Source of the DNA: an uncultured Spirochaetota bacterium
GTDB lineage: Bacteria; Spirochaetota; Spirochaetia; SZUA-6; Fen-1364
Direction of reading: 5' to 3'
Assembly (NCBI GenBank): GCA_963820525.1
Contig: CAWGAA010000001.1
Location: 2,752,001 to 2,816,000 of the forward strand
Length of the DNA stretch: 64,000 nucleotides
The notes under the pieces are model-generated. The model was given only the letters and a program-made list of their open reading frames with translations. It searched no databases and was not told the origin of the DNA. Below are positions 9,399-21,781 of this stretch, piece by piece. A program made the position numbers and the translations under genes. Each line of letters begins with the position of its first letter. Positions within the stretch are counted from its first letter, which is position 1.

Positions 9399-10911
9399 GA
9401 GCCTGTCGGACTTTAGCGACCGGTGTTTCCGTAAAAGGCTGAGGCGTGATAAGCTTTGGACATGGCTGAACGGCTGGTAAATGTAGATCGAGAGACGCCG
9501 ATGCTGTTGCCGGTGGATTTGCGCCAGTGGGTACCGGAGGACGATCTGGTGCACTTCGTTGTCAACGCTGTCGAGATGATGAATATGTCAGCCCTCGCGG
9601 TAAATCATCGTGGCAGCGGCAGCAAGCAATACCCTCCGCGGATGATGCTGGCGCTGGTGATTTATTGCTATGCAAACGGGCTTTTCAGCTCGCGGCGTAT
9701 CGAGCGGGCGACCTATCGCGACGTGGCAGTACGCTACCTGACAGGTGATACCCATCCGGATCATGACACCATTTGCGCGTTTCGCCGAGAGAACGGGGAG
9801 GCAGTAAAGCAGGCGTTCGTTGAAGTGCTGCGTCTGGCACGGGAGATGGGGCTGTTGCGGGTGGGCACGGTGAGCGTTGATGGAACTCATATCAAGGCCA
9901 ATGCCTCTAAACACAAGAGTGTGCGCTATGATCGGGCAGGCGAGTTGGAAAAGTTGCTACGTAAAGATATAGAAGAGCTGTTGGCCCGTGCCGAGAAAAG
10001 CGACACCGAGGCGACGGGAGATGATCAAAAGCTGCCACCGGAGATCGCGCGACGCGAAGCGCTTCTGGAAAAGATGCTTTGGGCGCGTCAGGAACTTGAG
10101 AAGCGAGCCCAAAACGAGGATGTCGAGCAGGAGGAAGAAGACAAGGGTCAGGGGCCAAAGGCGGGGGGTGCAAGCCCTGGGCGACCGAAGGACTCCCAGC
10201 AGATCAACCTCAGCGATCCTGACAGCGCCTTGATGCGCAAGAGCAAACGCGACAGCTACGAGCAGGCCTACAACGCACAAGCGGTCGTGGATGCCGAAGG
10301 CAGCCAGCTGGTACTGAGCACGGATGTGATCCGAACCCCCAGCGATGCCAACCAACTTGAGCCTGCGGTGCAAAGTGTAGACCCTTCGATCGGCATGGTT
10401 CAACGCGCTCTTGCTGATGGTGGATATGCCAACGCCGATTCCTTTGACACTCTGCAGCAGCAGGGCGTTGAGCTATACGTGGCAATCACACGAGAAGATC
10501 ATAACGAGCGTCGCTATGATTTCCGCCCGCCTTCCTCGCGGCCCTTGAAGAAGGTCACCGATCCGCGGCTTGTGGCGATGCGCGAGAAGCTTGCACAAAA
10601 GGATGGCAAACGCATCTACGCGCGGCGGGCTTCGACGGTGGAGCCGGTATTCGGGATCATTAAAGCTGCGATGGGGTTCCGCCAGTTCCTCCTGCGGGGC
10701 CTGGATAAAGTGCATACCGAGTGGGACTTGGTTTGTCTTGCCTACAACGTGAAACGCCTTTGGGGCTTGTCGAGAGCATGAAGCAGTACGGTAGGATCAC
10801 GGGGAGGTGGCGCAGGGCAGACGAACGCTCTCTGTCACCAACCCAGAGAGCCGCTGGCCGATCCTGGCCGCTGAACGCCCGCGCAAATCGTCGCCAAAGC
10901 CCGACAGGCTC
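9399..10911 (+). mobile_element. IS1182-family insertion sequence, complete (1513 bp)
   Basis: 22-bp terminal IRs GAGCCTGTCGGACTTTAGCGAC / GAGCCTGTCGGGCTTTGGCGAC (2 mismatches); CTAG target duplication at 9395-9398 and 10912-10915. Confidence 0.93.
9462..10781 (+). CDS. tnp: IS1182-family DDE transposase
   Basis: YPPRMMLALVIYCY, SSRRIE, PDHDTICAFR, VDGTHIKANAS, YNAQ, ADGGY, RASTVEPVFGIIK. Confidence 0.93.
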   Translation: MAERLVNVDRETPMLLPVDLRQWVPEDDLVHFVVNAVEMMNMSALAVNHRGSGSKQYPPRMMLALVIYCYANGLFSSRRIERATYRDVAVRYLTGDTHPDHDTICAFRRENGEAVKQAFVEVLRLAREMGLLRVGTVSVDGTHIKANASKHKSVRYDRAGELEKLLRKDIEELLARAEKSDTEATGDDQKLPPEIARREALLEKMLWARQELEKRAQNEDVEQEEEDKGQGPKAGGASPGRPKDSQQINLSDPDSALMRKSKRDSYEQAYNAQAVVDAEGSQLVLSTDVIRTPSDANQLEPAVQSVDPSIGMVQRALADGGYANADSFDTLQQQGVELYVAITREDHNERRYDFRPPSSRPLKKVTDPRLVAMREKLAQKDGKRIYARRASTVEPVFGIIKAAMGFRQFLLRGLDKVHTEWDLVCLAYNVKRLWGLSRA

Positions 10912-10915
10912 CTAG

Positions 10916-13900
10916 ATGGAAGAACGGCGAGGGGATTTGTATCTTAGGTGGGACATGATGGCAAACGGCAATAATTCCCGGGCCGATCCTAGGGCGGAGC
11001 TTCAGCGACGCGGCCTCTATGACCCCAGCTTCGAGCACGACAGCTGCGGCGTCGGGTTCCTCGTGAACATCGACGGAACGCGGACCCACAAGATCGTCTC
11101 TGATGGGATCACGATACTGAAGAACCTGGTGCACCGCGGCGCGGTGGGCGGCGACTCCCGCACGGGAGACGGGGCAGGGATCCTGACCCAGCTGCCCCAT
11201 AGATTCTTCAGCCGCGAATGCGGCCGGCTGGGCATCTCCATCCCCGAGGAGGGCGGGTACGGAGTCGCCATGCTCTTTCTGCCCCTGGACGAGGACCGGC
11301 GCTTGAGCGCGCGGGCCGTCGTGGAGCGCACCGTCGTGGAAGAGGGCGGCGTCCTGCTGGGTTGGAGGGAAGTCCCCGTGGGGCCCGACTGCCTCGGGGA
11401 TCTTGCCTCCCGCTCGATGCCCCACGTTTCCCAGGCTTTCATCACCTTCGAGGGATTGAGCGGAGACTCCCTTGAGCGCGAGCTGTACATCGTTCGAAAG
11501 TGCATCGAGCGGGAGGCCGCTTCAGCCGGCTTCGACCTGGAGGAGCTGTACCTCGCTTCCCTCTCCTGCCGCACCGTCGTCTACAAGGGGATGTTCGTCG
11601 CGCCCCAGCTCGAGGCCTTCTTCCCGGACCTTGCGGACGGGGAGTTCGAAAGCTCGCTGGCCGTTATCCACCAGCGGTACAGCACCAATACGTTCCCCTC
11701 CTGGGCGCTCGCCCAGCCCTTCCGCTACATGGCCCACAACGGGGAGATCAACACGCTTCGGGGCAACGTCAACAAGATCAACGCGCGCGAAAAGACGATG
11801 TCTTCCCCGCTGTTCGGCGAGCGCATCTCCAAGCTCCTGCCCGTCATCAACCCCGCCTTGAGCGACTCGGGCATCTTCGACAACGTCTTCGAGCTTCTGA
11901 TCATGGGGGGACGCTCCGTGGAGCATGCCCTCATGATGATGGTTCCCGAGGCTTTCGGGGCGCGCTACCACATGAGCGAGGACAAGCGGGCATTCTACGA
12001 GTACCACGCCGCCGTCATGGAACCGTGGGACGGCCCCGCGTCCATCTGCTTCAGCGACGGCATAAAGGTGGGCGCAACCCTGGACAGGAACGGGCTTCGC
12101 CCCGCGCGCTGGGTGGTGACCCGAAGCGGGCAGGTCGTGCTCGCCTCCGAGGTCGGGGTGCTGGATATCCCGCCTGAGGACGTTCTGCAGAAGGGACGGC
12201 TCGCTCCGGGCAAGATGCTCATGGTGGATACGGCGCAGAAGCGCGTTTTATACGATAACGAGATCAAGGCTTCCGTGTCCCGCCGCAAGCCTTACCGCCA
12301 CTGGCTCGAGGCGAACCGGATCGACATGAAGGGCCTCTTCCAGGTGCCGGGGCCGGTACACATCGAGCGGGAGGCTCTCCTCACCCGGCAGTGGGTGTTC
12401 GGGTATACGCTGGAAGACCTCTCCATGATCATCACGCCCATGGCGGAAAACGCCCAGGAGCCCCTGGGATCCATGGGAAACGACCAGAGCCTGGCCGTGC
12501 TCTCCAACAGGCCCCAGATCCTGTACAGCTACTTCAAGCAGCTTTTCGCCCAGGTCACCAATCCGCCCATCGATCCCTACCGCGAAAGCCTGGTCATGTC
12601 GCTGATGAGCTTCACGGGCCGGGAGAGGAACCTCCTTGACGAAACACCCGAGCACTGCCGACAGCTGAAGCTCCCGCATCCCCTCCTGACCAATGACGAC
12701 ATGGAGAAGCTGCGAACCCTGGACATCGGCGGGTATCGCTCCTGCGTCATCAGCATGACCTTCCCGGTATCCGAGGGGGAGGCGGGGCTCGAGCGCGCCC
12801 TCCAGGGGCTGTGCGCGGAGGCCGAAACCCGCGTGGACGAAGGCTACACCATGCTCATCCTCACGGACAGGAACGTGGATGCTTCACGGGCGCCCATCCC
12901 TGCGCTCCTGGCAACATCGGCCCTGCATCACCACCTTACCCGGGTCAAGAAACGTCACCTCACGGCCCTCGTCATCGAGACGGGAGAGGCGCGGGAGGTC
13001 ATGCACTTCGCCACCCTGATCGGCTACGGGGCGAGCGCCATCAATCCGTACCTTGCCTTCGAGACCATCGCGGACCTGAAGTCGCGCGGCAAGCTCCAGC
13101 CCTCGCTCAAGGCGGAGACCGCGATTGAGCAGTATATAACCGCCATAAAGAAGGGCCTCCTGAAGGTGATGTCCAAGATGGGCATCTCCACGATCAGGAG
13201 CTACAAGAGCGCCCAGATATTCGAGGCCGTCGGCCTGGCCGCGCCTTTTATCGAGAAATATTTCCCCGGCACCCCCTCCCGGATCGGCGGAATCGGCATC
13301 GAGGCGATTGCCCGCGAGACCCTGGCGCGTCACACGGCAGCCTTCAGCCGCGACGCGGCCGAGAGGGAAGCCGTCGATTCGGGCGGGTCCATCCACTACA
13401 GGAGCTTCTCCGAGGGCCATCGGCTGACCCCCGATGCGATCGCGCTCTTGCAGAAGGCGGTGCGCGAGAACGACTACGAGACGTACAAGCGCTACGCCGC
13501 GGTCATCGACGACGCTAATAAAAACCTCTGCACCCTTCGGGGACTGTTCACCTTCGCCATGCGCGCGCCCGTTCCCCTGGAGGAAGTGGAGCCCGCTGAA
13601 AACATCATCAAGCGTTTCGTCACATCGGCAATGTCGTTCGGCTCCATCAGCAAGGAAGCCCACGAGACCCTCGCGATCGCCATGAACCGGCTTGGCGCGG
13701 CCAGCAACTCCGGCGAGGGAGGGGAGGACGAGGCGCGCTATGCTCCCCTTGCCAACGGGGATTCGGCACGGAGCGCCATCAAACAGGTGGCCTCGGGCCG
13801 TTTCGGCGTCAACTCCAACTACCTGGTGAACTCCCGCGAGCTTCAGATCAAGATGGCCCAGGGGGCCAAGCCGGGAGAGGGCGGGCAGCTCGCCGGCCTG

Positions 13901-15531
13901 AAGGTGGACGCCGTCATCGCGAGGGTGCGCCACTCCACTCCCGGCGTCACCCTCATCTCGCCGCCCCCCCACCACGACATCTACTCCATCGAGGACCTGG
14001 CCCAGCTCATCTTCGACCTGAAGAACGCGAACCCCGAAGCAAGAGTCTCCGTGAAGCTCGTGGCGGAGGTTGGCGTCGGCACCGTTGCCGCCGGCGTTGC
14101 CAAGGGCAAGGCCGACATGGTGCTCATCTCCGGCTATGACGGGGGCACGGGCAACTCTCCCATCTCCTCGATCAAGCATGCGGGCATTCCCTGGGAGATC
14201 GGGCTTTCAGAAACGCAGCAGACCCTCGTTGCCAATCACCTGCGCGACAGGATCAGGGTGCAGGTAGACGGCCAGATCAGGACGGGCCGCGACGTGGCCA
14301 TCGGCGCCCTGCTGGGTGCGGAGGAGTTCGGCTTCGGAACCATCTCCCTGGTCACGCTCGGCTGCATCATGATGAGGAAGTGCCACATCAACACCTGTCC
14401 CGTCGGGATCGCGACCCAGGACCCCGGCTTCGGGCCCGGTTCGCCGGAAAACCGGAGCATGTCGTCAACTTCATGAGATTCGTGGCACAGCATACCCGCG
14501 AGATCATGGCTTCCCTTGGTTTCAGGACCATGGACGAGATGATCGGCCACGTGGAGGCAATCGAGACCAAGCAGGCTGTGGATCACTGGAAGACCCGCGG
14601 CCTGGACTTCAGCAGGGTGCTGGCGCGCGTGGAGGCCCCCGCGGGCACATGCCTGCGGTGCACCCGAAAGCCCGAAATCGACCTTTCCCAGTCGCTGGAC
14701 CGTGAGCTCATCGAGCGCTCGCGGGGCGCGCTCGATGCAGGGCAGAAGGTGCGGCTCTTCATGGCCATCAGGAACAGGAACCGAACGGTCGGCGCCACTC
14801 TTTCAGCCCAGATCTCGAAGCGATGCGGCTCCCGCGGCCTTCCCCCCGACACGATCCACGTTTCCTTCACGGGCTCGGCAGGCCAGAGCTTCGGCGCCTT
14901 CCTTGCGCCGGGGATCACCTTCGAGCTTGAAGGAGATGCCAACGACTACTTCGCCAAGGGCCTCTCCGGCGGCAGGATCATCGTCTACCCGCCGCGGGCC
15001 GCCACCTTCCGCGCCCGGGACAACATCATCACGGGCAATGTGAACCTCTTCGGCGCCACGGGCGGCGAGGTGTTCATCAATGGAATGGCGGGAGAGCGCT
15101 TCGCCGTGCGCAACTCCGGCGCCGTGGCCATTGTTGAAGGCGTCGGAGATCACGGCTGCGAGTACATGACCGGGGGCGTCGTGGTGGTTCTGGGGCGCAC
15201 CGGGGTGAACTTCGCGGCTGGAATGAGCGGCGGGATGGCCTTCGTGCTGGACGAGGACCAGCTCTTCGACACCAAGTGCAACCTGGAGATGGTGGACATC
15301 GAGCCCATTACGGAGGAGCGCGACAGGAAGCTCCTCCACGACCTTGTCGAACGGCACGTGAAATACACGGGAAGCGACCACGCCACGCGCCTCCTGCGCG
15401 ACTGGACGGAGGTGGCGCCCCGATTCGTCAAAGTGATGCCCATCGATTACCGCCGCGCCCTCGAGCGAATTGCGGCCGAAGGCTCCAAGGAAACCGAGGT
15501 CATGGCGATCACCGAGGAGGTGTACCGCTGA
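10916..15531 (+). pseudogene. gltB: Glutamate synthase large subunit, split by a single frameshift at ~14422-14425
   Basis: [10 protein letters not shown]-terminus, [35 protein letters not shown]. Adding one C to CCCC (14422-14425) restores [18 protein letters not shown] and the GXGXG C-terminal domain. Could be a sequencing error. Confidence 0.9.
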
Positions 15532-16961
15532 TGGGACACGTCACAGGATTTCTCGACCGAAGCCGCGTGGGCCCTTCCTCCCTTCCCGTTTCCGAGCGGC
15601 TGAAGAACTGGAAGGAGTTCACGACGGTCCAGCCCGAAGAGGTGCTGCGCGCCCAGGGCTCCCGCTGCATGGACTGCGGAATCCCGTTCTGCCACTCCTC
15701 GGGATGCCCCGTGTACAACCTGATCCCCGAATGGAACGACCTGGTCTACAAGGGAGAATGGTACGAAGCGTTCGTGCGCCTGGAGCTCACCAACAATCTG
15801 CCCGAGATCACGGGGCGCGTCTGTCCGGCCCCCTGCGAGACCGCCTGCACCCTCGCCATAAACTCCAGCCCCGTCACCATCAAGCAGATCGAGCTTGCCA
15901 TCATAGAAAGGGCGTTCGCATCCGGCTGGGTGGTGCCGCGGCCCCCCCGCGCTCTCAGCGGCCGCTCGGTGGCCGTGGTGGGAAGCGGGCCGGCGGGCCT
16001 CTCCGCCGCGCAGCAGCTTCGCCGCGCCGGCCACGAGGTCACGGTATTCGAGCGCTCGCCGCGCGCAGGCGGGCTTCTCCGCTACGGGATTCCCGACTTC
16101 AAGCTGGAGAAGAGCGTTCTGGACAGGCGTATCCACCAGATGGAAGCTGAGGGGGTGCGCTTCGAGAACGGGGTGGCCATTGGCGAGGATGTTTCGGCCC
16201 GATACCTTCAGCGCTCCTTCGACGCCGTGCTCCTTGCCCTTGGAGCCGGCGAGCCGCGGAACCTCACGGTGCCGGGGCGCGAGCTTTCCGGGATCCACTT
16301 CGCGATGGACTACCTCACCCCCTCCAACATGTTCCTGGCAGGGGAGATCCCGGAGAGCGAAACGATCTCCGCCAGGGACAAGAGGGTGCTCGTCATCGGC
16401 GGCGGGGACACGGGCTCCGACTGCGTGGGCACGTCCAACCGGCAGGGCGCGCGCAAGGTCATGCAGGTGGAGATCATGCCCAAGCCCCCGGAGTGGAACG
16501 AGAGCACCAACCCGAGCTGGCCCGCGTGGCCCAATATCCTGCGCACCTCAAGCTCACACGAGGAAGGCTGCGAGAGGGACTGGGGCATCGACACGAAAAG
16601 CTTCGAGGGCGATGGGGGAGCCGTGAAGAAGGCGAACCTGGTCCGCGTCGAATGGAAGAAGCCCGAGGGGGGAGGGCTGCCGAAGCCCGTGGAGGTTCCC
16701 GGAAGCCAATTCAGCGTGGAGGCTGATCTCGTGCTCCTTGCCATGGGATTCGTCCACGTGCGTCACACGAAGCTCCTGGAGGACCTGGGGATCGAGTTCG
16801 ACGCGCGGGGAAACATCCAATGCGGCCCCGACTACTCCACGACCTCTCCCGGGGTCTCCGTCGCGGGAGACGCCAACACGGGGGCATCCCTGGTGGTGCG
16901 GGCGATCTTCCACGGCCGGGAGGCGGCCAAGGCCATCGACGGGAGGCTGAAGGGCTCATGA
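15531..16961 (+). CDS. gltD: Glutamate synthase small subunit
   Basis: [40 protein letters not shown] overlap with the gltB stop. Confidence 0.95.
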   Translation: MGHVTGFLDRSRVGPSSLPVSERLKNWKEFTTVQPEEVLRAQGSRCMDCGIPFCHSSGCPVYNLIPEWNDLVYKGEWYEAFVRLELTNNLPEITGRVCPAPCETACTLAINSSPVTIKQIELAIIERAFASGWVVPRPPRALSGRSVAVVGSGPAGLSAAQQLRRAGHEVTVFERSPRAGGLLRYGIPDFKLEKSVLDRRIHQMEAEGVRFENGVAIGEDVSARYLQRSFDAVLLALGAGEPRNLTVPGRELSGIHFAMDYLTPSNMFLAGEIPESETISARDKRVLVIGGGDTGSDCVGTSNRQGARKVMQVEIMPKPPEWNESTNPSWPAWPNILRTSSSHEEGCERDWGIDTKSFEGDGGAVKKANLVRVEWKKPEGGGLPKPVEVPGSQFSVEADLVLLAMGFVHVRHTKLLEDLGIEFDARGNIQCGPDYSTTSPGVSVAGDANTGASLVVRAIFHGREAAKAIDGRLKGS

Positions 16962-16994
16962 GAGTGCGGCGGGCGGCCCCCCGCATCGCTTTCT

Positions 16995-19169
16995 CTATTC
17001 CTTGATCGTGAACTTTTCTATCTCTGCCACCACGGTGCGGATGCACTGCTCGTTTTCAGCGGCGCGCTCGCTTACGCGTCTCACCGAGGCGTCGATCTGG
17101 TCCGCGGCGCCCGCAATTTTCTCCACCTGATCCTTGACCTCGGTCTGGATCTCCCGAAGGCGTCCAACCTGAGTGAGGATCGTCCCGGTTCCCGATTTCA
17201 TTTCCGTGGCGCTGGAGTGGACCTCCTGGGTGATCGTGTTGATCTGCCCCAGGGCTTGAAGGACCTGGGAGCTTCCCGCGCTCTGCTCCGTCATCGCCAT
17301 CTTCACGGAATCCACCAGGCCGCTCACCTCCTCGACGGAGGCGAGGATCTTCTCGAAGGCCTTCTCGGCCGTCGCGGTGGCCTCCACCACGCTGTTGATC
17401 GTTTCCTTCATCTCGGTGAGCCCCTTGGTCGTGTCCCGCGACTGGGCTCCGGCCTGCTCCGCGAGCTTTCTGATCTCGTCCGCAACGACGGCGAAGCCCT
17501 TTCCATACTCCCCCGCGTGCGCCGCTTCGATGGAGGCGTTCATGGACAGCAGGTTGGTCTGCGCCGCGAAAGAGGCGATGAGCTGGTTGGCCTCCAGGAG
17601 AGTCTCGGACTGGCTCGATATCGAGGCGGCCCAGTTGTTCGCCTCTTCGATCCTGGCCACCCCCTCGTCGGAGGCTTCGGCCAGGGCCTTGAAGCGCTGG
17701 CTCACCTTGTCCATGTTCTGGCTCATCGAGCGGATGTTGGCCACCATCTGCTGGATGGACGCCGAGGACTCCAGGACCGCCGAGGATTGATTTCCTATCA
17801 TGCCGCTCAGGCCGCCGATATTGCGGGAGATCTGCTCCACGGCGGCCGAGGTCTCCTGCACGCTCTCGGACTGGACGTCGATCCTGTCCCTCACGCTCTT
17901 GACGTGGCCCGTGACGACGGCCAGGGATGAGGCTGTCTTTCCCATGTCAGAGGCAAGCTCCGTCCCCACGGTGGAAAGCTGCGTCGCGGCGTTCCTGATC
18001 TGGGCGATCATCGAGGAGAGCTTCGTTGCGAGCGAGTTGAAGCTCTCCGCCAGGGCGCCGACCTCGTCGCGGCCCACCACTCGAACCTGCTGCCTCAAAT
18101 CCCCGGCGGAGAGATCCGCGAAGGAGCGGGTGATGGTCTTCAGGGGCGCCGTGATGCGCGAGGCGACGAAAACCGAGAAGACCGCGAGCGCCGCGATGAT
18201 GAGGAGCGATGCGCCCACGATGAAGAGGACGATCCTCGTCGAGCTCTCGTAGAGCTCCGAGGTGGAAACCGAGACGCTGAGGGCCCACCTCTGTCCCGTA
18301 TCGGCAAGATCGATGGGAACAATGGTGCGAAAGAGGCTCGCCGCACCGCCGGAGGAGGCGAGGGTGACGGTGACGGGCTTCCCTTCGGCAAGGCAGCGGG
18401 TGATCGCATCGGCGCCTTGCGGCGAGTCGGTCTCCTGGATGCTCTTTGCCAGCTCATCCGTGTCGCGGCTGGCGACAATAAGGCCGCTCTGAGAAACGAC
18501 GTCGGAGGAGCCGGTGCGGAAGTGCTCGATTTCAGTCACGAGGCCGGAGAGGGTCTCAAGCGATATATCCACTCCCGAGACCCCGAAGAAGTTCCCCGAG
18601 GGATCGTGAAGCGGGATGCACGCCGACGTCTCCAGAACGAAGGTCCCCTTTTCGGTCTCGTCCTTGTAGGGATCGAGGAACAGGCTCTTGTTCTCTTTCT
18701 TCGGGAGGGCGAAGTAATCCTTTGCGATCTCGGCGGCATATTCCGCGGCGCCGTCGCTGTCCGAAGAGCCCACTTTGCCTTCCTTCCTCCAGGCGTACGG
18801 GACGAATTGCTCTCCCGCACCCAGGCCCTTGTCCCAGGCGTTGGGCTCGAACACGCACCAGGCGGCAAGCAGATCCGCGTGCGCGGCAAGCTCGTCGCGG
18901 AAGATCCCCATCAGCGTGGTCCGATCCTTGACTCCGGAAGCCCGAAGCGATTCGACCGTCGCCGCGATGGTCTGTGCCGTCTGCGACGCGGCCGAGAGCA
19001 ACCCGCTCACCTTCTCTGCGTTTGTCTGGGCGCTCTGCAGTGCGCTCAAGCGGGCTTCATCCAGCAGGCTCGAAGTGACCATCCATCCGATGAGCAGGCA
19101 GGTTCCCGCGAACAGCAGCACCGCAATGGGAAGGAGTGAGAGGAGGATGCGCGCTCGTAATGATTTCAT
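16995..19169 (-). CDS. Methyl-accepting chemotaxis protein (dCache-HAMP-MA)
   Basis: Two TM helices, DYFALPK..LDPYKD (dCache), [39 protein letters not shown]. Confidence 0.93.
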   Translation of the reverse strand: MKSLRARILLSLLPIAVLLFAGTCLLIGWMVTSSLLDEARLSALQSAQTNAEKVSGLLSAASQTAQTIAATVESLRASGVKDRTTLMGIFRDELAAHADLLAAWCVFEPNAWDKGLGAGEQFVPYAWRKEGKVGSSDSDGAAEYAAEIAKDYFALPKKENKSLFLDPYKDETEKGTFVLETSACIPLHDPSGNFFGVSGVDISLETLSGLVTEIEHFRTGSSDVVSQSGLIVASRDTDELAKSIQETDSPQGADAITRCLAEGKPVTVTLASSGGAASLFRTIVPIDLADTGQRWALSVSVSTSELYESSTRIVLFIVGASLLIIAALAVFSVFVASRITAPLKTITRSFADLSAGDLRQQVRVVGRDEVGALAESFNSLATKLSSMIAQIRNAATQLSTVGTELASDMGKTASSLAVVTGHVKSVRDRIDVQSESVQETSAAVEQISRNIGGLSGMIGNQSSAVLESSASIQQMVANIRSMSQNMDKVSQRFKALAEASDEGVARIEEANNWAASISSQSETLLEANQLIASFAAQTNLLSMNASIEAAHAGEYGKGFAVVADEIRKLAEQAGAQSRDTTKGLTEMKETINSVVEATATAEKAFEKILASVEEVSGLVDSVKMAMTEQSAGSSQVLQALGQINTITQEVHSSATEMKSGTGTILTQVGRLREIQTEVKDQVEKIAGAADQIDASVRRVSERAAENEQCIRTVVAEIEKFTIKE

Positions 19170-19232
19170 TCCAGTTCCCTTCAACCTTTTAGTTTATCGG
19201 CGATTCCCGATTCGCTGTCAACGGAGGACGGC

Positions 19233-19847
19233 TCACCCCCGGGAGAAGCCCCGGAGGTAGGGGATTCGGGCGGCTGTCTCGCGGATGAGCGGGAGGTTGG
19301 CCAGGAGCACGCCCGTGGTGTCCCACCGGCCGCTTGAGAGCATCTTCCGGTCTCCCTCGGGCATGTCGCAGGGGAAGCACTCTTCAAGGACGCTGATTTC
19401 CTTTGACTCGAGGTCTATCGTTATGAGCGCATCCGGGTCGCGGCTGACGATCTCCATGAGCCTGTCCACGGCGCTTCTGTCCGCCCGAACGGCCGGAATG
19501 CCGATGGCGGTGCAGTTGCCGCTGAATATCTCGGCAAAGGATTCCCCGATCAGGGCCTGGATTCCCCAGCGCATGAGGGATTGGGGCGCATGCTCGCGGG
19601 AAGAGCCGCAGCCGAAGTTCTTGTTGACGATGAGGATCCCTGCCCCCTGATAGCGGGGGTCGTTGAAGGGATGCGTGCGCATCCTCCCGCCTTCATCGAA
19701 GCGCTCGTCGGCAAAGGCGTGGCTTCCCAGATCGGTAAAAGTCACCGTCGTGAGATAGCGCGCCGGGATGATCCTGTCGGTGTCGATGTCGTCTCCGGGG
19801 AGGGGCAGACCCCTCGCGCTCACGATCCGCCTTTCAGAGCCGCTCAT
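19233..19847 (-). CDS. leuD: 3-isopropylmalate dehydratase small subunit
   Basis: [31 protein letters not shown] overlap with the leuC stop. Confidence 0.95.
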   Translation of the reverse strand: MSGSERRIVSARGLPLPGDDIDTDRIIPARYLTTVTFTDLGSHAFADERFDEGGRMRTHPFNDPRYQGAGILIVNKNFGCGSSREHAPQSLMRWGIQALIGESFAEIFSGNCTAIGIPAVRADRSAVDRLMEIVSRDPDALITIDLESKEISVLEECFPCDMPEGDRKMLSSGRWDTTGVLLANLPLIRETAARIPYLRGFSRG

Positions 19848-21265
19848 GTCGATGGCTCCTTTCCCGCGGGGAGGAGCCGCGCGTCGGTGACCTCGCCCGC
19901 CACCGCGGCGGCGGCCACCATGGCGGGGCTCATGAGGAGGGTCCGTCCCGTCGGGGAGCCCTGACGGCCGATGAAGTTCCTGTTGGAGGAGCTGGCACAG
20001 ACCTGGCGGCCCACCAGGCGGTCGGGATTCATCGCCAGGCACATCGAGCAGCCGGCCCCCCGCCACTGGAATCCGGCCTGGCGGAAGATCTCGTCGAGCC
20101 CTTCGGCTTCCGCCTGCACGGCAACCTGCGCGGAGCCCGGTACTACCATGGCTTTCACGTGCGGCGCCACGCGCCTGCCCCTGGCCACTTCCGCGGCTTC
20201 CCTGAGGTCGCTCAACCTGCCGTTGGTGCAGGAGCCGATGAAGGCCACGTCGATCTTCAAACCCGCCAGGGGCGTTCCCTCTTGGAAGCCGGTATGTTCG
20301 TAGGCTTTACGGACAACCTCCCGTTCCCCGGGAGGGAGGTCCGCGAGGCGCGGCAGCCTTCCCGTCACTCCCACCGCCTGGCCGGGGTTGATCCCCCAGG
20401 CTACCGTCGGCTCGAGACCCGCCCCGTCGAGGCGGAATACGTCGTCGTAGGAGGCATCGCCGTCCGAAGCGATTTCTTTCCAGAAGCGCCGCGCCGCGGC
20501 AAGCTCCTCTCCCTTGGGGGCGAAGGGGCGGCCCTCGATGTACCGGAAGGTCGTCTCGTCGGGGTTTACATAGCCCACGCGCGCTCCGCCCTCGATGCTC
20601 ATGTTGCAGATCGTCATGCGGGCTTCCATATCGAGAGCCTCGATTGCGGGTCCGCAGTACTCGTAGGCAAAACCGATCCCTCCCTTGACTCCGAGACGGG
20701 AGATGATGGCGAGGATGATGTCCTTGGCGTACACCCCCCGCGGAAGGCGGCCCGACACCTCGATCCGGCGGACCTTTGGCCGGGAAAGCGCGAGGGTCTG
20801 CGTGGCCAGGACGTCGCGGATCTGGGAGGTCCCGATCCCGAAGGCGAGGGCCCCCAGCGCCCCATGGGTGGAGGTATGGGAGTCTCCGCAGGCGATGACC
20901 ATCCCGGGCTGGGTGAGCCCCAGCTCCGGCCCGATGATGTGGACGATGCCCTGGTACGGGGAGTCCAGCCCGAAGAAGCGGATGCCGTGCTCGCGGGTGT
21001 TCGCCTCTATTGCCTGGAGCATCTCCTCTGCCTGGGGATCGCCAAGGGGCCGCGTGCGCAGGTCCGTGGGCACGATGTGATCCACGGTTGCCACCGTCCT
21101 GTCGGCGAACAGCACGGGCAGGCCCCTGTCCTTCAGCATCTGGAACGCCTGCGGCGAGGTGACCTCATGGACGAGGTGCAGCCCGACGAAGATCTGGTCC
21201 TGGCCCGAGGGAAGAGTGGCTACCTTGTGCAGCGCCCAGACCTTCTCCAGAAGGTTTTTTCCCAT
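19844..21265 (-). CDS. leuC: 3-isopropylmalate dehydratase large subunit
   Basis: [50 protein letters not shown]. Confidence 0.96.
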   Translation of the reverse strand: MGKNLLEKVWALHKVATLPSGQDQIFVGLHLVHEVTSPQAFQMLKDRGLPVLFADRTVATVDHIVPTDLRTRPLGDPQAEEMLQAIEANTREHGIRFFGLDSPYQGIVHIIGPELGLTQPGMVIACGDSHTSTHGALGALAFGIGTSQIRDVLATQTLALSRPKVRRIEVSGRLPRGVYAKDIILAIISRLGVKGGIGFAYEYCGPAIEALDMEARMTICNMSIEGGARVGYVNPDETTFRYIEGRPFAPKGEELAAARRFWKEIASDGDASYDDVFRLDGAGLEPTVAWGINPGQAVGVTGRLPRLADLPPGEREVVRKAYEHTGFQEGTPLAGLKIDVAFIGSCTNGRLSDLREAAEVARGRRVAPHVKAMVVPGSAQVAVQAEAEGLDEIFRQAGFQWRGAGCSMCLAMNPDRLVGRQVCASSSNRNFIGRQGSPTGRTLLMSPAMVAAAAVAGEVTDARLLPAGKEPST

Positions 21266-21274
21266 GGCGGCTCC

Positions 21275-21781
21275 TTACGTGACACCCTCACCGCGAGCGA
21301 TGAGAAGCTTTCCCGAGCGCACCAGCTCCACGACCCCATAGGGATCCAGCATCTTTCTGAGGGCATCGAGCTTCTCGGTGGAGCCGGTTGCCTGGAGCGT
21401 GATGGTGCTCTCGCTCAAATCCATGATCCGGCAGCCGAACGCATGGGCGATGTCCATGATCTCGGTCCGCTTGGCGGCGGTGCATTTGAGCTTGACCAGG
21501 GCAAGCTCCCTCTGGATGGTCTCCCGGCCCGAGTACTCCTTGGCATGGATCACGTCCACGAGCTTGTTCAGCTGCTTGAGGATATGCCCCAGGGTTTTTT
21601 CGTCACCTGTGGCCACAATGTTCATGTGGGAGAATCCGGGGTCCTGCCCTTCCGATACGACGAGGCTGTCCACATTGTAGCCGCGGCGGGCGAACACGAG
21701 GGCGATCCGATTCAGCACCCCGGGCTTGTTGGACACGTACAGGCTTATTGCGTGCTTCTTCGTCCGCGGCGGGGCGCTCAC
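21275..21781 (-). CDS. ilvN: Acetolactate synthase small (regulatory) subunit
   Basis: ACT domain NKPGVLNRIALVFARRGYNVDSL; QLNKLVDVI; GTG start overlapping the ilvB stop. Confidence 0.94.
   Translation of the reverse strand: MSAPPRTKKHAISLYVSNKPGVLNRIALVFARRGYNVDSLVVSEGQDPGFSHMNIVATGDEKTLGHILKQLNKLVDVIHAKEYSGRETIQRELALVKLKCTAAKRTEIMDIAHAFGCRIMDLSESTITLQATGSTEKLDALRKMLDPYGVVELVRSGKLLIARGEGVT

Noticed and set aside
14400..14476. Programmed ribosomal frameshift in gltB
   Set aside because: No X-XXY-YYZ slippery heptamer, and no precedent known to me for gltB; an indel is simpler.
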